Shown: in pieces, positions 9,701-18,747 of the stretch | Position numbering within the stretch: position 1 is the first letter of the stretch | Layout of the letters: every line of letters begins with the position of its first letter | IMG/VR virus record: IMGVR_UViG_3300025018_002313 | DNA from: a virus | Length of the DNA: 49,071 bases | Reading direction: 5' to 3' (one strand) | Notes under the pieces: generated by a model | What the model saw: the letters and a program-made list of their open reading frames with translations, nothing else | The model's database searches: none | Told to the model about the DNA's origin: nothing | Translations under genes and position numbers: made by a program

Positions 9701-10799
9701 CATATGTTCCATGTCCCTCTGCATGCGAAGCGATCGACATTGCAGATGTTGATACACCTTCTGTATGTGATATAGATCCCCATGCAAAAGTATTAATACC
9801 TTCTGCATGTGCGTATGATCCGTTAATAGCACGTGAATGATATCCTTCTGCATGTGAGCCGTCACCGCTAGCTATTGTCTCTATACCTTCAGCATGAGCA
9901 TAAAATCCATCAGATGCTATAGTTTCAGCTCCCTCAGCGTGTCCGCCGTTATCTGCTAAAGTTTTCCATCCTTCGGCGTGTGAGCCATACATCTCATCAC
10001 CAATACTTCCAGTACCAGTTGCTACTGCGCTTGTTTGATAACCTTCTGAGTGAGATGCAACACCGTTTGCTATAGTTCCTGAACCTTGTGCGTTGGCAGC
10101 TCTACCTAGCGCTTTTGTATATTCACCAGAAGTAAATGTACTATCACCATCAGCAACGGAAATATAACCTAGATTAACAGGATCAGGCCACGTTTTTTGA
10201 GCAGAAAGACCTGATTCAATTCTAACACCACCATTAAAACGAGCCCAGTTCTCTGACCAAAGACCAACCCCAGAGAGCGTAACTACCGCTTCTGAAGTCG
10301 GATTTATATTAGATGGAGGATCGAGCCGTAAATCAGGACCAGAAACATAGAATCCACTTAGTTCAAATATCTGTAAATCTGTTGTATTAAGAACAGCTGA
10401 AAATGCAAAAAGGTTTGTAGTCCAGATTGAGTGTGCTGTTAGTGCGTGCTTAAAATTAGCATTACCATCAACAAATAACGCAGGATGAGACATATCGGAC
10501 CAGACGATATTTTCGTTACCGAAACTATCGATACCGATATCACCTTCATATGTGGATGGCGCGCTTATGTAGATGCCTACGGTTCCACCAATAGCGCAAA
10601 TTGCTGCATTGTTAGATTGAAAAAGACCTGCGTACGCGGAAAGCGGTGCGAACGCACTCAGCCCCCCTGCTAGACAGAAATCACCCTGAAACGGGTCATT
10701 TGGATGGGCGATTGGATCATAACCGCCATCTGGTTCTCCTGGTTTGTTGTATGTGTGATGATTATGACGATGCCATTTGTTGTGAAAACGATTACTCAA
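6705..10799 (-). CDS. giant tail fiber/adhesin-like protein (1364 aa) with a ~45-50 unit 14-residue repeat array
   Basis: Uninterrupted 4.1 kb ORF with a GAAGGAGGTATTA-ATG RBS. Residues ~249-937 are tandem 'SHAEGxxTxASGxx' units. N-terminus is His-rich ('HNKWHRHNHHT'). C-terminal ~430 aa is non-repetitive and Gly/Ser/Thr-rich. Confidence 0.8.
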   Translation of the reverse strand: MSNRFHNKWHRHNHHTYNKPGEPDGGYDPIAHPNDPFQGDFCLAGGLSAFAPLSAYAGLFQSNNAAICAIGGTVGIYISAPSTYEGDIGIDSFGNENIVWSDMSHPALFVDGNANFKHALTAHSIWTTNLFAFSAVLNTTDLQIFELSGFYVSGPDLRLDPPSNINPTSEAVVTLSGVGLWSENWARFNGGVRIESGLSAQKTWPDPVNLGYISVADGDSTFTSGEYTKALGRAANAQGSGTIANGVASHSEGYQTSAVATGTGSIGDEMYGSHAEGWKTLADNGGHAEGAETIASDGFYAHAEGIETIASGDGSHAEGYHSRAINGSYAHAEGINTFAWGSISHTEGVSTSAMSIASHAEGHGTYAQGIATHTEGINTYASSLASYSHAEGDSTFVGLTAAHSEGILTRAQGYNSHAEGDSTVASGRGSHTEGNATSAIGLFSHAQGGYTLASGNAAHAEGSQTIAQGEASHAEGEVTTAYGSYSHSEGSTNYAHGYASHAEGHRNIATGIGAHAEGYVPGGEYGNIAAGDGAHAEGSAGGIANNGFKIARGEGSHAEGYAKANGVIGAQGAGSHAEGALLTTPFTAHASISATGYGSHAEGYVEPGENTLASGSGSHAEGRGTIASGNAAHAEGWQTSATGANAHAEGWLTLASNIHAHAEGEQTIASGQQSHAEGYGTLAIGNASHAQGNETRASGNESHTEGHFTSAIAIASHAEGYRTTASGPGSHAQGFNASVSADIIAQGDGAFAGGYIPDSSGYTVIASGSGSFAFGIGVSATGVMSHAQGGYNLASGDWSHAEGYRNNITSTGLCSHVEGRENTVTGRRSHAEGIVNNVTGHCAHAEGGLNEATNDYTHVEGSLNHATGLYAHAEGQSNTASGQGSHVEGVGNYASSSQAHAEGQATIASGSTSHSEGASTVASGAISHAAGLNAEAVHSRTFVWSSFTAAVSSTTSDQFTVSAANGVVLGENGVLRGDWNVTGGLSADTLNADMIITPFLSADIITTRVLSADTIYVGNSSIKFESGAIISSNASEEIVVSNDLRTGTNIVQGQYFGTNALLNAVVVDSANSIVGYKAGEGLSGQDVDVFGYQAGYYAGPGISQSTYIGAWAGAYSTADNSIAVGYWAGRGAPNLAGSPQLFIDNYGTVDPGSHDAKGDAIYINDGQVHLGRTSGVITPGPNVLRGEWISTGTLSANNISATAFFGDGSYLTGIGSTNITEIQASSGNWNSTFTTVQSNSSKWVKPSVVIVDTTPYNVDVTQSSTTFCVSSNALSSIAFVLPDVTFDDLGTYYTFSKFTTGVKLSVVAGDSQRIDDSAYGASIYSGPSADPGSQPFASVKLDLMLPDQWHITTGRKTWVTTEFA
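7990..10055 (-). repeat. 42-nt periodic coding tandem repeat array (degenerate) inside the fiber gene
   Basis: Plus-strand blocks such as cc(t/c)tctgcatg(t/a)ga recur every ~42 nt. They translate to SHAEG on the minus strand. Confidence 0.75.
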
Positions 10800-10863
10800 T
10801 TAATACCTCCTTCAAGCCACTCTTTCGAGGAACATTACTTAATGTTACTATTTTAGATGGTCA

Positions 10864-10878
10864 TTAAATATTTATACA
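10864..10878 (-). promoter_or_regulatory. T4-late-type promoter (minus strand TTGTATAAATATTTA), copy 1 of an exact 15-mer
   Basis: Plus-strand taaatatttatacaa is the reverse complement of TTGTATAAATATTTA, which contains the T4 late -10 consensus TATAAATA. It lies ~70 nt upstream of the fiber ATG. The identical 15-mer recurs upstream of gp25 (33878..33892). Confidence 0.6.
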
Positions 10879-11014
10879 ACTGAGGTCAAATTATGAGTCT
10901 TCTCGCCAATATAATCGTCCGTTAGATCCTAGACCGAATCTAACTGTTATTAGTTTACCGTTTATAGGTAGCTGTTTACTTTTATCACTCCACTGAATAG
11001 TTGGTTTAAAAGCG

Positions 11015-11371
11015 TTAATCAATCTTCGTATCATCTTTTAACTTCCATAGTACTATTCCATCCTCACGTAAACCGAATTTAATACTACGTACACCATTAG
11101 TAGTATATATATTCATCGGAGATTTGCTCCATTCTACTGACGGTGCTGTCACCTTGAATTTTAGTTGATTTTGAAATTCTTCTTTTTTAGCATCCGTCGC
11201 AAGAAACCATATCCAGCCAATAAAGAGGGCAGTTGCAATCCACCTCAGAAACCAGCGGATTACAACCCACCACAAATATATTCTTGTAGCTTTTTGTAGA
11301 GTTAACCATTCTTTAATTTTTTTGTATATATTCATTAATCTCTTATCATATCCAATATAGTCTCTTGACAA
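11015..11371 (-). CDS. small membrane protein (118 aa as tracked; 106 aa if started at the Met at 11335)
   Basis: One long hydrophobic/aromatic segment ('IYLWWVVIRWFLRWIATALFIGWIWFLA') followed by a ~60-aa soluble tail. The Met at 11335 gives a TAATG overlap with the stop of the upstream giant gene. Confidence 0.5.
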   Translation of the reverse strand: MSRDYIGYDKRLMNIYKKIKEWLTLQKATRIYLWWVVIRWFLRWIATALFIGWIWFLATDAKKEEFQNQLKFKVTAPSVEWSKSPMNIYTTNGVRSIKFGLREDGIVLWKLKDDTKID

Positions 11372-14300
11372 GCATATAATTTATCAAAACAACGATTAAT
11401 TGCATCAGCAGTTACTATTTCATTTATACCAACATATATTTGATTTTTTGTGTACGGTAGTAATTTATATTCCTGTGGTGTAAACGTTCTAACAGTTGGT
11501 ACTGGTATATCATTTATAACATCGTATGTAAACCGTCCAATAATAGATCGTCTAAATACCTCTAAGTTATCCCAGTATCTTGCAAAACTACGATTTATTA
11601 CCCAATCTTGATTATACTCATTTGGCTCTATATGAATAGAAGACATCGGCCACAAACTGGTTACATCAGTTCTCAAGTTGATAATATCGAGCTTATCCAC
11701 ATACTTAACGATAGCATTAGTTGACACAATGTAAAGATTTCTATTTAAGTCGTGATAGCAACTCTTATAATCACCGCCATATTCGGTCGCAAATATACCA
11801 ATAATTACACCATCAAACGTAACTTTTAATATACTTTGATCTGTGCATAGATATAAAAATCCACCATCTCTACAAATAGTAAGTCTCTTTGCTGTCTCGT
11901 TCTCTAGCTGTGGCAACTTGAATCCATCGATATAGTTAAAACTACTGTCGAATTTGTATATACCTGTCTGTGTTAATACATAAATGTTGTTGTCGACATC
12001 CAATGCAGTACTAATAGGCTTATTCTTACTATTAAATATGTCTGATTTAAAAGTGCCTAGCCAAGTACCTGTTCTTGCATATTTCTTAATACATAGATTA
12101 TTGTAATCTGTTACCCATATCTGATTTTTGTCAGTAACTAATAAATCTGTAGGATCATAAAACTTATTTTTAGAATTAGCACCGCCAAGGCCGCCCCACG
12201 AGTACATCAATCTCCATCTATCTAGTTCAAAATCATAATTAAAAACAAGCACCCGATACTTACCGGAGTCTAAAATATATATTCTCTGATCAGTGTCAAA
12301 ATCTGCATCCAAATCAATTGCTTGTACATTGATAAAATCATCACCTATACCTTTGAATGTTCGTTCCGCTATTTCCGTGGCAAACATATCCGAGGATAAT
12401 ATTTTAACACTTGTTTTATTCGAGACGAAATGAATATTATCTCCTATGCCGTTTACACTTCGAACAACACAATCAGTCAAGTTGTTAAAATACCCAGATT
12501 CTGCTTGCAGAGGTAAATCATAACCAAGATTAATTCCTGGCTGATCAACACGCCAATGGAAGAATCCAGAAACACCATCATACATGGTACCAAGCCATCC
12601 ATAATACGTTGTAGGAGGTGCATCATACAGTTTTGATTTATCCGATAAATAGGTAACATTCTCTTCAAGATTATTAAACGACTTATTTATATTCCAGTCA
12701 GTTATCCATTCATTCGCCGGCACTCTACATTGATCAATACGATTCGGTAACACAAGTCTGGAGGCTTCGTATACTCGCTCAATATTCGGATCAAATAATT
12801 CAAACTGATTTACAACATTTACAACATTATTAAACACTACAGTCTCATCTGAAGATAATCCATATCCTGTGTATGTAGTTTTTAAAGATATATCATAATC
12901 CCCGGGATTTGTAAACACTGTTATGTATGGGCTCTTAGTAGATGATATCCATGTATTTCCTCTATCTGTCCATGTATATTTCTGTATAAGATTAAACACC
13001 GGAAGAACATTCTCAAACGCAACCAGTTCACCGGTAACAGTATATAAGTTAGAAGTGTATATTGCCGGCTTTAATGGGTAGGCTGTTGCAGTTGAATATG
13101 TAGTACTAAGATTGATTGGCTGTATACACCAAGCTGAAAACGGTGCAGTTAGATCGACCGGTGATATTAATGCAATTACATTTGACTCAATATTAAACAC
13201 TGTTGGAGAGTACTGACTTACTGTTTCTAATCTTTCACCTTCGCTGCTTACAGTAAAAGAAATAGTTTTCGGTAGTATAGCTGTTGTATATGTTTCACTC
13301 CATTGATATGTACTTACTCCCCATGTTGATGTTAGTGCCTGATTTATTTCGATTGGAACAGAAACAGAAAATACCGGGCCAATATCTAACACTAAATTAT
13401 GTGCATTAACACCAAATGGATTATATGATATAACTGTATTCGAAGTTGATAGATAATCAAACATACTCACCATCTTTATAGGCTGCTTAACGTTTGATTT
13501 ATCAATATCAGTTGTAGTAAAATTCTTATATAATACAGGCAGTCCAGTTGTATCATCGTAATGATAATTAGGCATATCTATGGGTAGATCGGGATTAACA
13601 AGTTTACATGATACACTATGTGTTTCAGTTGCAGATGTCGATTGTACGGCTACGCTTACTAGGTTTGATGTTTCTCCGAACGGATATGGTGTAACATCTT
13701 CCACATACCATATGTATGATGCGTCAGTCTCTGGATGTGCACTAAGTGTAAATATTTCTGTGTGGCAATAACCCCACGCACACGGTCCAGGTGTAATACT
13801 CTGATTGCATAAAACTGGTACAAAAGTTTCTGATACATCATCCCATTTATATTCTGGATAAATTGCAAAATCTACTGCTGGAAAATCTGAGAGTATGTTT
13901 ATAGTTTTTGTATCACCTACCTTTGTTATTGGTGTAGGCCATGTGGATGCAGATATACTATCGCCGCATATTTGAATTGTGTATGTTGAATATCCATTTG
14001 GCACTTCATGGGTAAAACTAGTAAACCCAACAGGCTGTGCAGATACATCTCCATTACTAAAAACAAATTTTAAATTTCCTGTAGCGTCAGTTGGTGCTGT
14101 TGTATGATTATGAATTGTTATTACCCACGGAAATACTAATTCATTTTGATCTCTGTATAGAATATGTGTTGAGCTAAGTTCGTTATTAACACTGAATGCA
14201 GGGTAAAATAGAGAATCACTGACCCACTCACTAACATCAAAAATAATATCATAATCGAGTATTAATGAAGAGTCAACAGACTCTACGGCAGATACTGTAA

Positions 14301-15963
14301 TTTGATATGTACTTAATTGTGGTGTAGTTGATACAGTTGATGTTGTTACTTCCAGTCTTAGTGGATCTATATTATATGCTGTGTCTGTGCTAATCGGTCC
14401 AACTTCCGGCACAAATGTATAAATAGTATCATACCATCGATTGTATGCAACGAGCCCTCCATAGATAGATTTGTTACCATACATTAATAATTGATCATCG
14501 TATAAATTGAACGCTTGATCAATACCATCGATTGTACTAACACCGTAAACGTTTAGCGTCAAATATGTTGTAGGTACTAATTCACCCGTTTTTATTACTG
14601 TTGCAGATAATTGCGTTGCACCGGATAGATACAGAAAAGGTCTAAATGGTATATTATTAGTCCATGTGATACCGTCGCTACCGCTAACAGTTATATCATA
14701 TGTCCCTGACCAGTTCTTTGAAGATACAAATACATATTGAGAATCACCATACGGTAAGGAAGGACCATATCCATCAGACTCAATTGTAAAATTAGGATCA
14801 CCCGGACTTGATATCAATACATTTTGAGTGTTGTATGGGTATACTTTCCATCTTAATCTAAAATCAGGAGGAAATTCTCTTGTTGTATTATCATAGTATG
14901 CAGACAAATAAATAGTATTAACTGTTCTCGACGCAATGTTATATTTTGCATGAGAATTAGCAATGAATAATAGCGATCCTGGAGACCGATATGTTATTAG
15001 AATGTCATTATCCGATACTGTTGGCGTGATTGTGTAATAAGTTAATTCAGTTTCGGATGTAGTAAAGAACGCACTTGTTGATGTTAGTGTAGTATCTAGT
15101 GTTAGTCTATTACCTAGACTGTATGGGGTTGAAAATATTTCTGCATTTAAATTTGTTGTAGGTATTGCATCCCATCGTATGTAGCTGCCTGATAGTGGAT
15201 AGTAATCACCGCTTATAGTAGACCAATATGAAGTAACACCTATAGAATTAGATGTTTCCGTTCCAGGTATTGTAGTAACTATGAGCTGTAATGGTGTGTA
15301 TGCAAAAGAGCTAGCTGCTAGTAACGCTTCCTCTGTAAGTGTTTCTGATTCAAGTTGATCACCAGATGCATAGATATAAAAACTTTGATTAGATTTTGCT
15401 GTTAGTGATATAAAATCAGTACCTGTTGATCTTACATATGTTGCAGCAATATATCCTGCGGAGAATCCAGAAGTAAGCGTATCGAGAGTTATTGCACCTG
15501 TCGCATAATCGATCGTTCCTGATGCACCCGGTACATTGAGTGATTGTAATTCACCGTATGTAGGTCCTTCATCAAAAACAAAAGTATGCTCTCCGAGGTA
15601 TATGTAACTTATTGGTTCTGGGTTCCCGGAGATAACTGAACCAATAGCAGATACAGAAACAGTTCCTTCCTTTAATCTACTATAAGTAGTAGCTATGGAA
15701 TCAGTCGTAGGATATCCACTATTTAACTGTGTTATCGTTAGAAGATAATCGTCAATTTCAGTACTAGTTAAAGCGAAAGGAGTATTCCAATCAAATGTAG
15801 AGTCTGAATCTTTAAAAGAGGTATCAAAAAAATTGAAAGCCGTGGTATACGAGCCAAATGTCGGTGAGTATAATACATTCCAGACAATTATATCGTCCGC
15901 AAACAGACCGTTTGCAGATAGATTCAAAATCATATCATTAACATATGTGTTATTATATTTCAC
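11335..15963 (-). CDS. giant baseplate/tail-fiber structural protein (1542 aa)
   Basis: Uninterrupted 4.6 kb ORF in the structural operon with Asn/Thr/Ser/Tyr-rich fiber-like composition. Confidence 0.75.
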   Translation of the reverse strand: MKYNNTYVNDMILNLSANGLFADDIIVWNVLYSPTFGSYTTAFNFFDTSFKDSDSTFDWNTPFALTSTEIDDYLLTITQLNSGYPTTDSIATTYSRLKEGTVSVSAIGSVISGNPEPISYIYLGEHTFVFDEGPTYGELQSLNVPGASGTIDYATGAITLDTLTSGFSAGYIAATYVRSTGTDFISLTAKSNQSFYIYASGDQLESETLTEEALLAASSFAYTPLQLIVTTIPGTETSNSIGVTSYWSTISGDYYPLSGSYIRWDAIPTTNLNAEIFSTPYSLGNRLTLDTTLTSTSAFFTTSETELTYYTITPTVSDNDILITYRSPGSLLFIANSHAKYNIASRTVNTIYLSAYYDNTTREFPPDFRLRWKVYPYNTQNVLISSPGDPNFTIESDGYGPSLPYGDSQYVFVSSKNWSGTYDITVSGSDGITWTNNIPFRPFLYLSGATQLSATVIKTGELVPTTYLTLNVYGVSTIDGIDQAFNLYDDQLLMYGNKSIYGGLVAYNRWYDTIYTFVPEVGPISTDTAYNIDPLRLEVTTSTVSTTPQLSTYQITVSAVESVDSSLILDYDIIFDVSEWVSDSLFYPAFSVNNELSSTHILYRDQNELVFPWVITIHNHTTAPTDATGNLKFVFSNGDVSAQPVGFTSFTHEVPNGYSTYTIQICGDSISASTWPTPITKVGDTKTINILSDFPAVDFAIYPEYKWDDVSETFVPVLCNQSITPGPCAWGYCHTEIFTLSAHPETDASYIWYVEDVTPYPFGETSNLVSVAVQSTSATETHSVSCKLVNPDLPIDMPNYHYDDTTGLPVLYKNFTTTDIDKSNVKQPIKMVSMFDYLSTSNTVISYNPFGVNAHNLVLDIGPVFSVSVPIEINQALTSTWGVSTYQWSETYTTAILPKTISFTVSSEGERLETVSQYSPTVFNIESNVIALISPVDLTAPFSAWCIQPINLSTTYSTATAYPLKPAIYTSNLYTVTGELVAFENVLPVFNLIQKYTWTDRGNTWISSTKSPYITVFTNPGDYDISLKTTYTGYGLSSDETVVFNNVVNVVNQFELFDPNIERVYEASRLVLPNRIDQCRVPANEWITDWNINKSFNNLEENVTYLSDKSKLYDAPPTTYYGWLGTMYDGVSGFFHWRVDQPGINLGYDLPLQAESGYFNNLTDCVVRSVNGIGDNIHFVSNKTSVKILSSDMFATEIAERTFKGIGDDFINVQAIDLDADFDTDQRIYILDSGKYRVLVFNYDFELDRWRLMYSWGGLGGANSKNKFYDPTDLLVTDKNQIWVTDYNNLCIKKYARTGTWLGTFKSDIFNSKNKPISTALDVDNNIYVLTQTGIYKFDSSFNYIDGFKLPQLENETAKRLTICRDGGFLYLCTDQSILKVTFDGVIIGIFATEYGGDYKSCYHDLNRNLYIVSTNAIVKYVDKLDIINLRTDVTSLWPMSSIHIEPNEYNQDWVINRSFARYWDNLEVFRRSIIGRFTYDVINDIPVPTVRTFTPQEYKLLPYTKNQIYVGINEIVTADAINRCFDKLYACQETILDMIRD

Positions 15964-15966
15964 AAT

Positions 15967-18747
15967 TTATTCCCAAACAATTGTATATAGCTCAGTATGT
16001 AAAGGAGCTATCTTCTTTACTGTATCTTTAATAATGTCCTCAATAACCCATCTTAGAGATTGATCTTGAATATTTAACCCTGTGAGCTTTATCTTATAGT
16101 ATTGTGATTTCTTTCCTGGTAATTTATATTTAAAAAATCGCTCAATTTCTTCCAAATACGACTGCAAACCAGTGGGCATATTCCAAGCAATATCTCTGTA
16201 GTCATATTTTAACAAAAAGATATGCGTTAAATCTGAAACAGTTAATGGATAATTATAGATCCGAAAATCATCAATACCTCCTGTAAAATGTAGTTTATCA
16301 TAAAATAACTCTGTACCAAGTGAGTTTATAGCGCCTGCATCTGCGCCAATGAAAATATTATTTTCATAGTTATAATACATATACGTTGACGGTGAGATAG
16401 TAATCGAATCGCGTAAAACAGTATCTATAAAATATTTGAACTTTCCTGTTTTAAACTCGTACGTCATCGCAAAGTGATGCCAATCATTATTATTTAATGA
16501 GCATGCCGGAAAGGCTAATGTTTTTTCTCCGCAGACTGGAATTTTCAAAGTACCAAAAAAGGCTTTTGTTTGTATGGCTGGAATACCATCTATTGGTATA
16601 TAGTTATATTTTCTGTTCCAGTCATAATTAGTATAATTCCTATTATACGGTGCTATATTAAATATGCTTGTGTTCTTTACTTTTTTAAGGGCTAAATCGG
16701 TATTATATTTGTGTATTTTTTGGCCTTGCTCTGATAAAAACCATATATAATCTTCGTAGTCCTCAATAGTATTATTATATTCGTTTGTTAAGCTTATATT
16801 ACTTAATGGATATTCTACATCCAGATGACCTGATAGCGCAACAGACCCATTTACAACTTTAAACCAATTATTTGAATAATCAACAACCCAGTAGTTATTG
16901 CTCTTATCACAAGCAATACTCTGAATATCAACACCTGTTAGCTGTGGTACTGTATAGCTGCTATAACTCCACAGTCCACTAAGAACTGCATATACAGCTG
17001 TATTATTGTTATCATAGAAAACATCCTGACATTTAAATGCATATGGTTGACCATTTAAGTCTACAGCTAGTTTATTAAACGATTCACCAGAAGGATAAAT
17101 ATACTCTGTTAGTTCTTCATAAGCAACATCCCCGGGCTTTTTCCACTTTAAAACACAATAACCGTTGGTTGAATTATTATAATGTCTTACAAGAAGTGGG
17201 TGCACTCCTTCTGTTAGATTTATTCCACATAGAACACCCCCTTGAGTAACAAATGCACTATATGCGCTTGGTCCAATATAAGCAATTGCTTTATCATCTG
17301 CTTGCAGAAAAAAGTTATATAATCCATCTGCTGGTACGTGTAATTCTGCAGACCATATAGATGCATAAAATTGCTTATTAAGACCAGGTACGAATGGATA
17401 ACTTACGTTATTTCTGGAGTAGCTAGTGGTATTGATATTATCATACAGACGGCCAAATACATATTTTGATTCGTCTGGAAATAAGGATGATGCAGTAGGT
17501 TGATAAATTTTTACTGCAACGCCTTTTCGACGCCCTGTAAAATTCCCGAGAGTATCAAATGATGATATATTATTTGTGCTTGAGTCTAAGACCCACACAT
17601 TACTTTTATGATCTAGTTTTATATCTGATAGATTAACATCAGGTGAAAATTCAACAAACGGATCGATATTACTATCTTTATCTATTTTATATAAATGTTT
17701 CTTTCCATTATATAGTCCGTTATCTATAACCCATACATATAAGTCCTTATCAATTGCACAATTAATTGCATTTGAAGTACCGGGCAGTGTTAGTGTGTAT
17801 AATGCTTTGAGATCAGCGTTACAGTCTAATAATACACCTGCGCTGCTAAAAACTGTAATTGTTGGATTATAGAACCCATTATTATAATAGAAGCTCCATC
17901 CACCGCGATAATCATGACTGATAAGCGACCGACCCTTTACTCTACTCCAATCTACTGCTTTTGCCCAGAATGCAATAGTCATATCTGTGCTTATATCAAA
18001 AGAAGGGTTAAATAGAACTTCCACTTCTTGATTTGTTTCCACGAATAGTGATGTATCTTTAATACGTGTTTTATTTACACTAGTAGGATATGTCATTTTA
18101 GAAGTATCGCCTTGTGTAATAATTGTATTCTTAAATGAAGATTTATCGGTTATAGGTAACTCCCAGTCGTCAATGTGAACTCTAAGACCACTCATAGATC
18201 CGCTTAGTGATGTTACAATCCCCTTGTTAAAATTGTTTCCCATGTGGTGATATCTATACCATACACCTGGCATTAGTAACATCGTCGACGGTGTATCATA
18301 CACTGCGGATGCACTCTTTACAAATAAAGCTGTATTTGAATCAATATACCCTGGATCATAGAAGCGATCTATCCAAATTGCTGATGATGCCCCTTGTAGC
18401 GAATTACCAGATAGCCATGAACATAGCCATGTGCCGTGCTGAGGGGTAGATGAGTCACCCCACCAGGTATTCTTTTTATAGTCTGCTACCTTCTGCCATA
18501 TCTTATCTGATCTAAACGGAATTTCACCTGGTGTTGCTCCGCATTCTACAAGCCCCGATGCTGATAAAGGAACTATATTTGCTGAATTGGGATAATGAAA
18601 GTATGTGGTTTTATCTGTAGTAAATATTTGTTCAGCAGTATCTGACTCGAAACCGAGAAATGGTGTTAAATGTCCAAATTCTTGATTTGATCCAGTAAAG
18701 ATTTGTTCATACTCTCTTAAATAAACTGAGCTAGGCTGTAATATCAT
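15967..18747 (-). CDS. structural protein with LamG/ConA-like lectin and PA14-like carbohydrate-binding segments (926 aa)
   Basis: 'TIAFWAKAVDWSRVKGRSLISHDYRGGWSFYYNNG' is LamG-like. 'DGLYNFFLQADDKAIAYIG' matches the PA14 'G-x-Y-x-F-x3-DDG-x-x-i-g' signature. Confidence 0.65.
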   Translation of the reverse strand: MILQPSSVYLREYEQIFTGSNQEFGHLTPFLGFESDTAEQIFTTDKTTYFHYPNSANIVPLSASGLVECGATPGEIPFRSDKIWQKVADYKKNTWWGDSSTPQHGTWLCSWLSGNSLQGASSAIWIDRFYDPGYIDSNTALFVKSASAVYDTPSTMLLMPGVWYRYHHMGNNFNKGIVTSLSGSMSGLRVHIDDWELPITDKSSFKNTIITQGDTSKMTYPTSVNKTRIKDTSLFVETNQEVEVLFNPSFDISTDMTIAFWAKAVDWSRVKGRSLISHDYRGGWSFYYNNGFYNPTITVFSSAGVLLDCNADLKALYTLTLPGTSNAINCAIDKDLYVWVIDNGLYNGKKHLYKIDKDSNIDPFVEFSPDVNLSDIKLDHKSNVWVLDSSTNNISSFDTLGNFTGRRKGVAVKIYQPTASSLFPDESKYVFGRLYDNINTTSYSRNNVSYPFVPGLNKQFYASIWSAELHVPADGLYNFFLQADDKAIAYIGPSAYSAFVTQGGVLCGINLTEGVHPLLVRHYNNSTNGYCVLKWKKPGDVAYEELTEYIYPSGESFNKLAVDLNGQPYAFKCQDVFYDNNNTAVYAVLSGLWSYSSYTVPQLTGVDIQSIACDKSNNYWVVDYSNNWFKVVNGSVALSGHLDVEYPLSNISLTNEYNNTIEDYEDYIWFLSEQGQKIHKYNTDLALKKVKNTSIFNIAPYNRNYTNYDWNRKYNYIPIDGIPAIQTKAFFGTLKIPVCGEKTLAFPACSLNNNDWHHFAMTYEFKTGKFKYFIDTVLRDSITISPSTYMYYNYENNIFIGADAGAINSLGTELFYDKLHFTGGIDDFRIYNYPLTVSDLTHIFLLKYDYRDIAWNMPTGLQSYLEEIERFFKYKLPGKKSQYYKIKLTGLNIQDQSLRWVIEDIIKDTVKKIAPLHTELYTIVWE

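Noticed and set aside
10880-11034. 51-aa minus-strand ORF (MIRRLINAFK...) in the intergenic region upstream of the repeat fiber
   Set aside because: No SD, and it overlaps the end of the membrane-protein gene out of frame. More likely untranslated leader and promoter DNA.
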